From: Eubacteriales bacterium
Lineage (GTDB): Bacteria; Bacillota; Clostridia; Oscillospirales; CAG-272
DNA length: 64,000 nucleotides
Assembly (NCBI GenBank): GCA_045658315.1
Contig: JAZOUV010000040.1
Coordinates: 12,081-76,080 of the forward strand
Direction of reading: 5' to 3'
Positions 19,589-28,176 of this stretch are shown here, one piece after another. A model generated the notes under the pieces. The model was not told the DNA's origin. It made no database searches and saw only the letters and a list, made by a program, of their open reading frames with translations. How positions within the stretch are numbered: position 1 is the stretch's first letter; every line of letters begins with the position of its first letter. The translations under genes and the position numbers were made by a program.

Positions 19589-20166
19589 AGATATATACAA
19601 TTATTGCCGGTGCAAACGGCGTAGGAAAAACATCTCTCTATCAAATACTGGAAAGCTCCGACGATCTGGGCGAAAGAATAAATATTGATGAAATTGTTTC
19701 TGCTAAAGGCAGTTGGATGGACAAGCTTTTGCAAATAAAAGCAGGCCGAACGGCAATGGCTATGCTGAGCAGGTATATTGCAAACGACATTACATTTCAT
19801 CAGGAAACCACCCTGCCCGGTAACGTTATACTTAAACAAATAAAAAAAGCCAAGGCAAAAGGCTTTCAGATAAGACTCTATTTCGTAGGTGTCGAATCAG
19901 TTGATGTCTCTCTCAAACGTGTTGAAAAAAGAGTTACAAAAGGCGGTCACGGCATTGACGAAGAAACGATTAGACGACGTTTCGAGGCTATGCCCGAACA
20001 ACTACGTGCAATACTCCCCCTCTGCGATACTGCGTCATTCTACGACAATACAGTCAGATTCCGCCGTCTTGCCTTAACCAAAGGTGACGTCATATTTGAC
20101 AGTGATATGGACCTGCCCGCTTGGTTTACCGATCTTGTGAATAAGGGAATTGTAAAACACGGTTAA
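19585..20166 (+). CDS. zeta-toxin/COG4185-like P-loop kinase (AAA-type ATPase)
   Basis: 193 aa. Walker A IIAGANGVGKTS at residues 6-17. The length and the HQETTL / FVGVESVDVSLKRVEKRVTKGGHGI layout resemble short zeta-toxin-domain proteins. Confidence 0.6.
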   Translation: MKIYTIIAGANGVGKTSLYQILESSDDLGERINIDEIVSAKGSWMDKLLQIKAGRTAMAMLSRYIANDITFHQETTLPGNVILKQIKKAKAKGFQIRLYFVGVESVDVSLKRVEKRVTKGGHGIDEETIRRRFEAMPEQLRAILPLCDTASFYDNTVRFRRLALTKGDVIFDSDMDLPAWFTDLVNKGIVKHG

Positions 20167-20170
20167 TACT

Positions 20171-21043
20171 ATGGAAAAATGCAACTTATGTCCACGCAAA
20201 TGTAATGCCGACAGAAGCAACACTGTCGGCTTTTGCCTATGCGGAAACAATGCTGTTGTTTCAAAAACTATGCTTCACAAATGGGAAGAGCCGCCTATCA
20301 GCGGAAAAAACGGAAGCGGTGCTGTATTCTTTTCGGGCTGCACATTGAAATGCATATTTTGTCAAAACAAAGAAATAAGCCGTACTCCAATGGGAAATGA
20401 AGTTACCCCAAGACAGCTTGCGGATATTTTTCTCAAACTCCAATCCGAAGGGGCACACAATATAAACCTCATTACTCCTACACAGTTTACAAACCAAATA
20501 ATAAAAGCCCTTGACCTTACAAAGCAGGAGCTTCATATCCCCATAGTCTATAACACAAGCGGATATGAGACCGTTGAAACTATAAAAAAACTTAAAGGCT
20601 ATGTTGATATTTACCTGCCGGATTTCAAATACTGTGACAGCAATCTGTCCGCAAAATATTCAAAAGCTCCCGACTATTTTGATTTTGCAATTAAGGCAAT
20701 AACGGAAATGTACGAGCAGGTCGGTGCATATACAGAGGATAATTACGGGTTAATGAAAAAAGGTATAATAATTCGGCATCTCGTTCTGCCCGGATGCCGA
20801 CACGACTCTGTAAAAATACTCGAAGAAATAAAAAACACCTTGCCCGTGCAGGATATAAAACTCAGCCTTATGAGCCAGTTTACTCCCGAATTTGTCTCTC
20901 ACGGTTGCAAAGAGCTTTCAAGAAAAATAACAACATTTGAGTATAACTACGTGCTTGATAAAGCGATAGAATGCGGTTTCTCAGGTTATTTTCAGCAAAA
21001 AGAATCTGCATCGACAAAATATACACCAAGCTTTAATGAATAA
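20171..21043 (+). CDS. radical SAM protein, PflX/COG1313-like (pyruvate formate-lyase activase homolog)
   Basis: N-terminal Cys cluster CNLCPRKCNADRSNTVGFC and radical-SAM CxxxCxxC (GCTLKCIFCQN). Confidence 0.75.
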   Translation: MEKCNLCPRKCNADRSNTVGFCLCGNNAVVSKTMLHKWEEPPISGKNGSGAVFFSGCTLKCIFCQNKEISRTPMGNEVTPRQLADIFLKLQSEGAHNINLITPTQFTNQIIKALDLTKQELHIPIVYNTSGYETVETIKKLKGYVDIYLPDFKYCDSNLSAKYSKAPDYFDFAIKAITEMYEQVGAYTEDNYGLMKKGIIIRHLVLPGCRHDSVKILEEIKNTLPVQDIKLSLMSQFTPEFVSHGCKELSRKITTFEYNYVLDKAIECGFSGYFQQKESASTKYTPSFNE

Positions 21044-21078
21044 CAAAAAAAGGTGGATATGGATTTTATAACCCATAT

Positions 21079-21603
21079 TCACCTTTTGCTATTCAAATAA
21101 TTATTAATATACCCTAGCACTTCACTCTTAGGAAGTTTGAGCGAAAATGCAAAGTCGGCAGCTATAATACTTTCTGCCTGAGCAAGATACTTCAGATCAT
21201 TCGCCTTCATCTTCATTTTTGCGTTATCCATTTCAAGCTTATATTCAGATACCGCTTTGACCAGCCAAAGCATCTTCGCCTTGTCTCCGCTGTTCACTAT
21301 TCCGTCAAAAACTGCCGCCCTTGCCTTGCAGTCCTCATCCCACATATTTTCAACGTTATTTGAATTATCAATCACTCTATGTATCTCTTCGACAGTAAGA
21401 ACATATTGCATCTCCTTCTCAAGCTCAGAGCCTAACGGCACAAATACTTTCATATTACTGTCATAAACAGAGTGCAAAACATAATATTCCTTTTTCCCCT
21501 GACCGACAAAATTCTGAAAAGTAATATCATCTATTTGGCACACACCGTTTTTGCGATATGTTACGTAATCTCCTATCTTAAACTTTCCTTCTGTCCTATC
21601 CAT
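21079..21603 (-). CDS. CarD/CdnL-family transcription regulator
   Basis: Start trimmed to ATG 21603 (MDRTEGKFKIGDYVTYRKNGVCQIDDI, SD AAGGTGG). The longer ORF-track version would overlap glyA and its terminator. Near-consensus promoter at 21637-21665. Confidence 0.7.
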   Translation of the reverse strand: MDRTEGKFKIGDYVTYRKNGVCQIDDITFQNFVGQGKKEYYVLHSVYDSNMKVFVPLGSELEKEMQYVLTVEEIHRVIDNSNNVENMWDEDCKARAAVFDGIVNSGDKAKMLWLVKAVSEYKLEMDNAKMKMKANDLKYLAQAESIIAADFAFSLKLPKSEVLGYINNYLNSKR

Positions 21604-21636
21604 ATATTTTGCCACCTTTTCCCTAAATACACCTTT

Positions 21637-21665
21637 ATTATACCATAAAAAACAAAATATTTCAA
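21637..21665 (-). promoter_or_regulatory. near-consensus sigma-A promoter for the CarD-family gene
   Basis: Minus strand TTGAAA - 17 nt - TATAAT with TGG extended -10. Confidence 0.55.
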
Positions 21666-21707
21666 ATGGTTTTACGGGAAAAATTTTTAAAAAATTCACA
21701 TTTTGCA

Positions 21708-21740
21708 AACAAAAAAGCTCCTCAATTATTGAAGAGCTTT
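21708..21740 (-). terminator. terminator after glyA
   Basis: Minus strand AAGCTCTTCA-ATAA-TTGAGGAGCTT followed by TTTTTTGTTTG. Confidence 0.65.
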
Positions 21741-21758
21741 TCGTCATATGTTGTCTGA

Positions 21759-23000
21759 TCAATATAGTGGATATTTTTCGCAAAGTTTCTTTACTTCCGC
21801 TTTGATATAATCTGCCTGAGCGTCAAAATCAGATGCCGCAAGCTTGATAAGCTTACCGATAACCTTCATATCCTCTTCCTTCATACCTCTTGTTGTAACG
21901 GCAGGTGTACCGATTCTTACACCGCTTGTAACAAAGGGACTCTGGGGATCGTTAGGGATTGCGTTCTTGTTGAGGGTAATACCAACAGCATCAAGTTTGT
22001 TTTCAAGCTCCTTGCCCGTAATATTGAAGTTACGGAGGTCAACAAGCATAAGGTGATTGTCCGTTCCGCCCGAAACAAGGTCAAAGCCTTCCGCAACAAG
22101 AGTTTCAGCCAAAACCTTTGCATTCTTAACAACTTGAGTCTGATATTCCTTAAATTCAGGTTTAAGTGCCTCGCCAAAGCATACAGCCTTAGCGGAAATG
22201 GTGTGCATAAGAGGTCCGCCCTGCATACCGGGGAATATACCCTTGTCTATCTTCTTTGCAAGCTCTTTCTTACAGAGGATAAGTCCTCCACGCGGACCAC
22301 GGAGTGTCTTGTGAGTTGTAGATGTTACAATGTCGGCATAAGGTACAGGATTGGGATGAAGTCCTGCGGCAACGAGACCTGCAATATGAGCCATATCTAC
22401 CATGAGGTATGCTCCAACCTTTTTAGCGATCTCTGCAAAGCGTTCAAAATCAATAATTCTCGGATATGCCGATGCACCTGCAACAATAAGCTTCGGCTTA
22501 TGCTGAATCGCAAGTTCTTCTACCTTGTCATAATCAATTCTGTGTGTTACATCATCAATGCCGTAAGGAACAAAGTTGTAGACCAAACCACTCATATTAA
22601 CGGGACTTCCGTGTGTAAGATGTCCGCCGCAAGCAAGGCTCATACCGAGAACGGTATCACCGGGCTGAAGAAGTACTATATATACAGCAGAGTTTGCCTG
22701 TGCTCCGCTATGTGCCTGAACATTTGCATGTTCAGCTCCGAAAAGCTTCTTTGCACGTTCTATTGCTATATTTTCCGAAATATCTACACATTCGCATCCG
22801 CCATAATATCTCTTGCCGGGATAACCTTCGGCATACTTATTTGTAAGAACCGTACCCATAGCACTCATAACAGGCTCAGATACAATATTCTCAGATGCAA
22901 TAAGCTCAATACAATTTTTTTGACGGTTCAGTTCAAGCTCGATAGCATTCGCAACCTCTTTGTCATACTGAGCAAGATAATTAAGGTTTTCTTTAATCAT
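21759..23000 (-). CDS. glyA: serine hydroxymethyltransferase
   Basis: 413 aa. [38 protein letters not shown] (PLP-Lys). Confidence 0.95.
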   Translation of the reverse strand: MIKENLNYLAQYDKEVANAIELELNRQKNCIELIASENIVSEPVMSAMGTVLTNKYAEGYPGKRYYGGCECVDISENIAIERAKKLFGAEHANVQAHSGAQANSAVYIVLLQPGDTVLGMSLACGGHLTHGSPVNMSGLVYNFVPYGIDDVTHRIDYDKVEELAIQHKPKLIVAGASAYPRIIDFERFAEIAKKVGAYLMVDMAHIAGLVAAGLHPNPVPYADIVTSTTHKTLRGPRGGLILCKKELAKKIDKGIFPGMQGGPLMHTISAKAVCFGEALKPEFKEYQTQVVKNAKVLAETLVAEGFDLVSGGTDNHLMLVDLRNFNITGKELENKLDAVGITLNKNAIPNDPQSPFVTSGVRIGTPAVTTRGMKEEDMKVIGKLIKLAASDFDAQADYIKAEVKKLCEKYPLY

Positions 23001-23108
23001 TTTATATGATATCCTCTCTTTTATTCTTTTAACATTGATATTATACTATTTTTTTATTGTTATTTCAACACTATTTGCAAAAGATAATAAAAAATTTAAA
23101 ATTTGTAG

Positions 23109-23137
23109 TTTACTTTAGGTCAATTATGTGGTATAAT
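23109..23137 (+). promoter_or_regulatory. promoter of the Cys/Asp-rich gene
   Basis: TTTACT - 17 nt - TATAAT with TGTGG extended -10. Confidence 0.5.
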
Positions 23138-23171
23138 AAACGTATAAAATATTTGCAGGAGGTTTTATATA

Positions 23172-23477
23172 ATGTACAAAGACAAAAAATATTATAATAA
23201 AAACGATGTAATCGTTTTGATTCTTAAGCTTCTTTTAGGAATTGCTGCCGTTGCAGCCGCAGTTGTTGCCGGAATAAAGATCTATGAAAAAATACAGTCC
23301 AAGCGTATGTGTGAACTTTGCGACTGCTGCGATGACGATCTTTTCAATGATGACGATTTCTGCATTTGCGATGACGAATGCGAATGCGATTGTGGTTGTG
23401 ATGATGCTACTGACGATTTTGCAGAAACAGTTGCTGAGGTTACCGAAAAGGAAATTAACCCCACAGAGCAAAACTAA
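23172..23477 (+). CDS. small membrane-anchored Cys/Asp-rich protein
   Basis: 101 aa. One TM helix (VIVLILKLLLGIAAVAAAVVAGI), then CELCDCCDDDLFNDDDFCICDDECECDCGCDD (10 Cys and ~14 Asp in ~35 aa). SD GCAGGAGG, own extended -10 promoter and own terminator. Confidence 0.6.
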   Translation: MYKDKKYYNKNDVIVLILKLLLGIAAVAAAVVAGIKIYEKIQSKRMCELCDCCDDDLFNDDDFCICDDECECDCGCDDATDDFAETVAEVTEKEINPTEQN

Positions 23478-23491
23478 GCTATTTTTTCTTT

Positions 23492-23528
23492 AAAAGCCTG
23501 TTTGTCAAAATAGGCTTTTTTATTTTTT
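23492..23528 (+). terminator. terminator after the Cys/Asp-rich gene
   Basis: AAGCCT...AGGCTT stem followed by TTTTTATTTTTT. Confidence 0.6.
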
Positions 23529-23543
23529 ATCATATATTTTATA

Positions 23544-23572
23544 TTGAAAAAAAAAGTGTTATATGGTATACT
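23544..23572 (+). promoter_or_regulatory. promoter of the DtxR/MntR-family regulator gene
   Basis: TTGAAA - 17 nt - TATACT (TGG extended -10). Confidence 0.5.
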
Positions 23573-23593
23573 TTTAAAAAAGGAGTGATATAA

Positions 23594-23959
23594 ATGCATT
23601 TGCAAGAATCCGGAGAAATGTACCTTGAAACCATATACGTTCTCACACAACAAAAAGATAATGTACGTTCAATTGACATCTGCGAACATATGGGTTATTC
23701 CAAACCAAGTATAAGCCGTGCTGTCGGTATTCTGAAAAATGCAGGTTATATTACTGTAGACAAAAACGGCTATATTACCCTTACTGAAAACGGTAAAGAA
23801 ATTGCCCAAAAAACATACGAAAGACACAGTATTTTGAAAACTTTATTTATCAAAATGGGAGTCAGCGACGAGGTTGCCACCGAGGACGCATGTAAGATCG
23901 AACACGTTATCAGCGACGAGGTTTTTGACGCGATAAAAAAATACTTCTTTAAATTATAA
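23594..23959 (+). CDS. DtxR/MntR-family metal-dependent transcriptional regulator (no SH3-like C-domain)
   Basis: SGEMYLETIYVL, wHTH region ICEHMGYSKPSISRAVGILKNAGYI, and ERHSILKTLF...ACKIEHVISDE (metal-site/dimerisation helix pattern). Confidence 0.8.
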   Translation: MHLQESGEMYLETIYVLTQQKDNVRSIDICEHMGYSKPSISRAVGILKNAGYITVDKNGYITLTENGKEIAQKTYERHSILKTLFIKMGVSDEVATEDACKIEHVISDEVFDAIKKYFFKL

Positions 23960-23970
23960 AGGACAGCATC

Positions 23971-24834
23971 ATGAAAATATCAACCGAAATAGCTTCAATT
24001 GCAAAATTTGTGGGAGAAGAACGTGCCATAGAAATGGTTGCAAAGGCAGGCTTTGACTATTGGGATTTTTCAATGTTTGAAATGGCAAGACGAGATGAGG
24101 CAACCGACTGTGTACTTCCAAGCACACATCCCCTTGCATGTTCCGGCAGACTTGCTTTTGCAAGAAAGCTCAAGCAAATAGGACTTGACTGCGGTATTAC
24201 CTGCAACCAGTCACACGCTCCATTTCCTGTAAGAATCCCCGCCATAAAGGATGTTCAAAAGTATGCGATTGAATGTACAGCAGAGGCAGGAGGGAAAATC
24301 TGCATAGTCCATCCCGACAACAATAAATCGGCAGAAGAAAATGCCGAAATGTATTTTGAACTGCTCCCATTTGCAAAACAGCACGGTGTTAAAATAGCAA
24401 CCGAAAATATGTGGAACTGGGATAAAGAAAAGGACGAAGCTCTCCCTGCCGCTTGTTCAACTCCAAAAAGCTTTATTGACCATCTACTTGCAGTGAATGA
24501 CCCCTATTTTGTTGCCTGTCTCGATATAGGACACGCAGAAATGAGAGGACATAATACAACAGCAGCCGAAATGATACACGCTCTGGGCAATAAGTTGCAG
24601 GCTCTCCATTTGCATGACAACGATAAATGGCACGACAGCCACGCACTTCCCTTTACTATGGATATTGACTTTGCCCCTGTTGTTAAAGCACTAAAAGATA
24701 TAAACTATACAGGCGATTTTACACTTGAAGCAGATACCCATATAAGAAAGCACTCTTCCGATGATGTGTTTAAGGGTATATGCGAAATGTCAAATGCCAC
24801 AAGAAAACTTGCAGATATGTTTGAAGCATTATAA
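23971..24834 (+). CDS. sugar phosphate isomerase/epimerase (xylose isomerase-like TIM barrel)
   Basis: 287 aa. IVHP..., IATENM..., LDIGHA..., LHLHDN pattern of the AP_endonuc_2/TIM-barrel family. Confidence 0.7.
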   Translation: MKISTEIASIAKFVGEERAIEMVAKAGFDYWDFSMFEMARRDEATDCVLPSTHPLACSGRLAFARKLKQIGLDCGITCNQSHAPFPVRIPAIKDVQKYAIECTAEAGGKICIVHPDNNKSAEENAEMYFELLPFAKQHGVKIATENMWNWDKEKDEALPAACSTPKSFIDHLLAVNDPYFVACLDIGHAEMRGHNTTAAEMIHALGNKLQALHLHDNDKWHDSHALPFTMDIDFAPVVKALKDINYTGDFTLEADTHIRKHSSDDVFKGICEMSNATRKLADMFEAL

Positions 24835-24837
24835 TTT

Positions 24838-24864
24838 AAAAAAGGGCTATACGCCCTTTTTTTA
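24838..24864 (+). terminator. terminator after the TIM-barrel isomerase gene
   Basis: AAAGGGC-TATAC-GCCCTTT followed by a T-run. Confidence 0.65.
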
Positions 24865-24896
24865 GTTTAAGTCCTTAATTAATAATAAACAGTTAG

Positions 24897-24927
24897 CACA
24901 AAAAAGCCCTTTCCGATGGAAAGGGCT
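24897..24927 (-). terminator. terminator after the PG-binding protein gene
   Basis: 10-bp stem AGCCCTTTCC/GGAAAGGGCT. TTTTTT follows on the minus strand. Confidence 0.7.
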
Positions 24928-25006
24928 CAGTCGTTAGGATTAACACAACCATTAAAAATACCACAAGAAGTGATAAAAAAAGATTATTGCTTAAATAATT
25001 ACTATA

Positions 25007-26392
25007 TCATTCCTCCCTATTTTCACCTGCGATTATAGCATTGTAGACCTCGGACAAAAGATTCCATGTAGTTGACGTAACCACCCCTGTTTCTTTTATT
25101 CCAAAAAGTCGCTGAAATTCTTTTACAGCATTTTCAGTTTGTTCGTCATACACTCCATTTAAAGATAATTCGGGGAATTTGGGATAAGATTCCGCCACTT
25201 TATTGAGATATTCCTGCAAATACCTCACCTCAGTCCCCACACTGCCTATTAATAATATATTTCCGCCATAGGGAACAGCCGTCTCCGAAAAAGCACTCGG
25301 CGGAAGTGCCGAATATAATCCGGAGTATACATCAAGCAGTACACGCCATATAGGGTCGGTTACTACCCCGTCAGGCTCAAAGCCGAACATTCTTTGAAAC
25401 GCCATTACCGATTGATAAGTTTTTTCGCCGTAAACCCCAACAATTTCTAAGGGCGGAACGAAGCTGTCAAAGGCAGAAACAAACAGCAGATAATACTGCA
25501 ATAGTTTAACTTGATTTCCTACATCGCCATAGTCGAGCACAGCCCTCAACTCGACTGGGATGTCAGAAAACTCCCCCCCTTGCAACACCAGATAATTCAG
25601 CCTGTATATACTGTCAAGCACATACAATAGCTTATAGTAAGTATTTTTTTCAACGCTTCCCGTAACAGGCAAGTCAAATATTCTCTGAAATGCCGCGACA
25701 GCCATCGCCGTCTCCTCGCCGTAAACCCCGTTTGCAGTTTCAATATACGGTATTGTGTCATAATTTGCGGAAATTCTGTTTAAAGCAATTTGCAAACCAC
25801 TGACATTAGCCCCCGTCTGTCCTTGATACATTGGATAATCGAACAGAAATGAATTCTGAAGTCCCCTGACCGTAGCATTTCTTACTATTCCAAACTCACG
25901 TCCGAAATAGTATTCCAATATTTCCTCACATGTTCTGCCGTTTTTTGCCATAGCTATACTGCCCTCGACAGACAGACCGCGACATCTTACACCGTCGTAA
26001 CAAATTTCAGCATTGATCGGCCAAATACCGTAATCACTTGCAATGTACTCATTGAAAATATTATCTGCAATCTCGTTAATGTTAGCATATACCGGTGCAC
26101 CGTATTCATAGGCCAAATCCGTAACCGGATCATCGGTTATATCAAAGCTGTAACCCATTTTCCTGTATTTTCTTTCTGTTATTCTGTAAAGTGCTCTGCT
26201 TATTTGAGCGTACATAATTGCACAGAGAGCTTCCTCGGGATAATTTGGTGAAAGGGTAGATGAGGCAACTGCTTTTATGTAATCGGGAAAAGATACGGTA
26301 ACGTTTTCAGCAAAATCATCTGCACTGCCTAAATGAACCGTTATATAGGCAGGTATTTCGGGCAATCCGTATTCACTGTTCATCATCTGCAT
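25007..26392 (-). CDS. secreted/peptidoglycan-associated protein: SpoIID-like N-terminal region + three PG_binding_1 repeats
   Basis: N-terminal PDYIKAVASSTLSPNYPEEALCAIMYAQISRALYRI resembles the SpoIID/LytB motif. Three repeats of type VYGE.T...V..FQR.F....G.V....W..L. The likely true start is the 3rd or 4th Met (26386/26383). Confidence 0.6.
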   Translation of the reverse strand: MQMMNSEYGLPEIPAYITVHLGSADDFAENVTVSFPDYIKAVASSTLSPNYPEEALCAIMYAQISRALYRITERKYRKMGYSFDITDDPVTDLAYEYGAPVYANINEIADNIFNEYIASDYGIWPINAEICYDGVRCRGLSVEGSIAMAKNGRTCEEILEYYFGREFGIVRNATVRGLQNSFLFDYPMYQGQTGANVSGLQIALNRISANYDTIPYIETANGVYGEETAMAVAAFQRIFDLPVTGSVEKNTYYKLLYVLDSIYRLNYLVLQGGEFSDIPVELRAVLDYGDVGNQVKLLQYYLLFVSAFDSFVPPLEIVGVYGEKTYQSVMAFQRMFGFEPDGVVTDPIWRVLLDVYSGLYSALPPSAFSETAVPYGGNILLIGSVGTEVRYLQEYLNKVAESYPKFPELSLNGVYDEQTENAVKEFQRLFGIKETGVVTSTTWNLLSEVYNAIIAGENREE

Positions 26393-26684
26393 CCCTCATT
26401 GCAGGCGGAATAGGAAATAAATTTACGTTTTGCAGAGTTGTAACATTTCTGATTATAGGAATATCATCATATTCCCCTTCGACAAACCCATCGGCAAAAA
26501 CTTTAATACTGTAGTCATCGCCAATTTCCAATGGAATAGGCTCTGTTTTTCCGTCAGAGTCGGCCAGATATTCGTAAAGGCTTTCCATATTCTTGCTTAG
26601 GAGTATTCTGCCGTTTTTGACAGGTGATGCCCCGTTAGCATATCTTACGTTTACTGTAAGATAACCAATATCCATATTTTCCAT
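26373..26684 (-). CDS. hypothetical 103-aa protein (beta-sandwich-like)
   Basis: ORF with SD, overlapping the downstream PG-binding gene. LTVNVRYANGASPVKNGRILL is reminiscent of carboxypeptidase-regulatory-like domains. Weak assignment. Confidence 0.45.
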   Translation of the reverse strand: MENMDIGYLTVNVRYANGASPVKNGRILLSKNMESLYEYLADSDGKTEPIPLEIGDDYSIKVFADGFVEGEYDDIPIIRNVTTLQNVNLFPIPPAMRDADDEQ

Positions 26685-26773
26685 ATTTTCACCCCATTAT
26701 GCTTTTTTAATATTATATGAAATTAAAATTGGAAATGTGATACCTAATGTACAGAAAGAAGCATTTATTAGAC

Positions 26774-26817
26774 AAAAAAACAAAACTACCCGTGCATCTT
26801 ATTAAGACGCACGGGCA
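26774..26817 (-). terminator. terminator after ftsZ
   Basis: CCCGTGC/GCACGGG stem. The minus strand continues TAGTTTTGTTTTTTT. Confidence 0.7.
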
Positions 26818-26842
26818 GTTTTAAAACGCTTTAATTATTGAA

Positions 26843-28000
26843 TTAGTTATTCTTCTTGAAAAGTGTGAGAATATCATTGAAATCGCTGTCGGAAATAACA
26901 TCGCCCGTAGGCTCGGACTCAGCGTTAGCATCAACGTATTCATTCTTGAAAAGACCTGAATTATCATCGTTCTGTTGAGCAGTGAAGGATGCGTCAAGTT
27001 TTTCTTCAGCAAGCTTAGCAGCTTCCTGAGCCGCCGCCTTCTTTGCAGCCTCAAAACCTGTAGCAATAACAGTAACCTTCATTTCGTCTTCAAGATTGCT
27101 GTCAAATGCAGCACCCCAGATGATCTGTGCATCGGGATGAGCTTCTCTCTGAATCATTGTTGCAGCAGCATCAACTTCATCAAGGCCGATATCGGGAGAT
27201 GCTGTAAAGTTAACGATAATACCTCTCGCACCCTTGATAGATGTTTCAAGCAAGGGACTGGAAATAGCCATCATAGCAGCCTGTTCAGCCTTATCCTTGC
27301 CGTTAGCCTGACCAACACCCATGTGAGCATTGCCGGCGTTGGACATAATAGCGGTTACGTCAGCAAAGTCAAGGTTAATAACACCTGTAACGTTGATAAG
27401 CTCGGATATACTCTGTACGCCCTGTCTCAAAACGTCGTCTGCAATAACGAATGCATTGAGAAGAGTAATTCTTGTTTCAGAAACCTGCTTAAGACGCTCA
27501 TTGGGGATAACTACGAGAGAGTCAACGCATTCACCCAGCTTCTTAATGCCTTGTTCAGCAAGCTCCATTCTTTTTTTGCCTTCAAAAAGGAAAGGCTTGG
27601 TAACGATACCAACAGTAAGTATGCCCATATCTTTTGCTATTTTCGCAACTACGGGAGCAGCACCTGTACCTGTTCCGCCGCCCATACCTGTGGTAATAAA
27701 CACCATATCAGTACCGATAAGAAGGTTCTTGATTTCGTCGGCACTTTCTTCTGCAGCACGGAAACCAACATCGGGGTTAGCTCCTGCACCTCTACCCTTT
27801 GTGAGCTTTTCACCAATAGAGATTTTATGTGTTGCACCCGACTTTTCAAGGGACTGTTTATCTGTATTTACTGCAATAAATTCTACGCCTCTTACGCCTG
27901 CTTCAATCATACGGTTTACAGCGTTTGTACCGCCGCCGCCGACACCTACAACTTTAATAATAACGCCGTTGCTGTTTGCTTCTTCAAACTCAAATGCCAT
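26843..28000 (-). CDS. ftsZ: cell division protein FtsZ
   Basis: [17 protein letters not shown] and the tubulin signature [19 protein letters not shown]. 385 aa. Confidence 0.97.
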   Translation of the reverse strand: MAFEFEEANSNGVIIKVVGVGGGGTNAVNRMIEAGVRGVEFIAVNTDKQSLEKSGATHKISIGEKLTKGRGAGANPDVGFRAAEESADEIKNLLIGTDMVFITTGMGGGTGTGAAPVVAKIAKDMGILTVGIVTKPFLFEGKKRMELAEQGIKKLGECVDSLVVIPNERLKQVSETRITLLNAFVIADDVLRQGVQSISELINVTGVINLDFADVTAIMSNAGNAHMGVGQANGKDKAEQAAMMAISSPLLETSIKGARGIIVNFTASPDIGLDEVDAAATMIQREAHPDAQIIWGAAFDSNLEDEMKVTVIATGFEAAKKAAAQEAAKLAEEKLDASFTAQQNDDNSGLFKNEYVDANAESEPTGDVISDSDFNDILTLFKKNN

Positions 28001-28176
28001 TTTTTGCTTCCTCCTGTGTATAATAAATCCTGTATTATTTACGTGTTATGTTTCAAAAGTCCAAAATTTTGCCGATATATAAATAATGATAATACTTTTC
28101 AATTAAATAAGCAAGAATTTTTTAAATTGTTCACGATAATTTTACATTTTCACTTGCTATTATTTTCAAAAAACAG

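Noticed and set aside
21604-21783. N-terminal 60-codon extension of the CarD-family ORF as listed in the track
   Set aside because: The extension would overlap the 3' end of glyA and run across the glyA terminator and the consensus promoter at 21637-21665. The internal ATG at 21603 has a proper SD and begins the conserved CarD N-terminus.
22053-23009. 318-aa plus-strand ORF antisense to glyA
   Set aside because: A shadow ORF inside a highly conserved gene, with a junk-like translation and no RBS.
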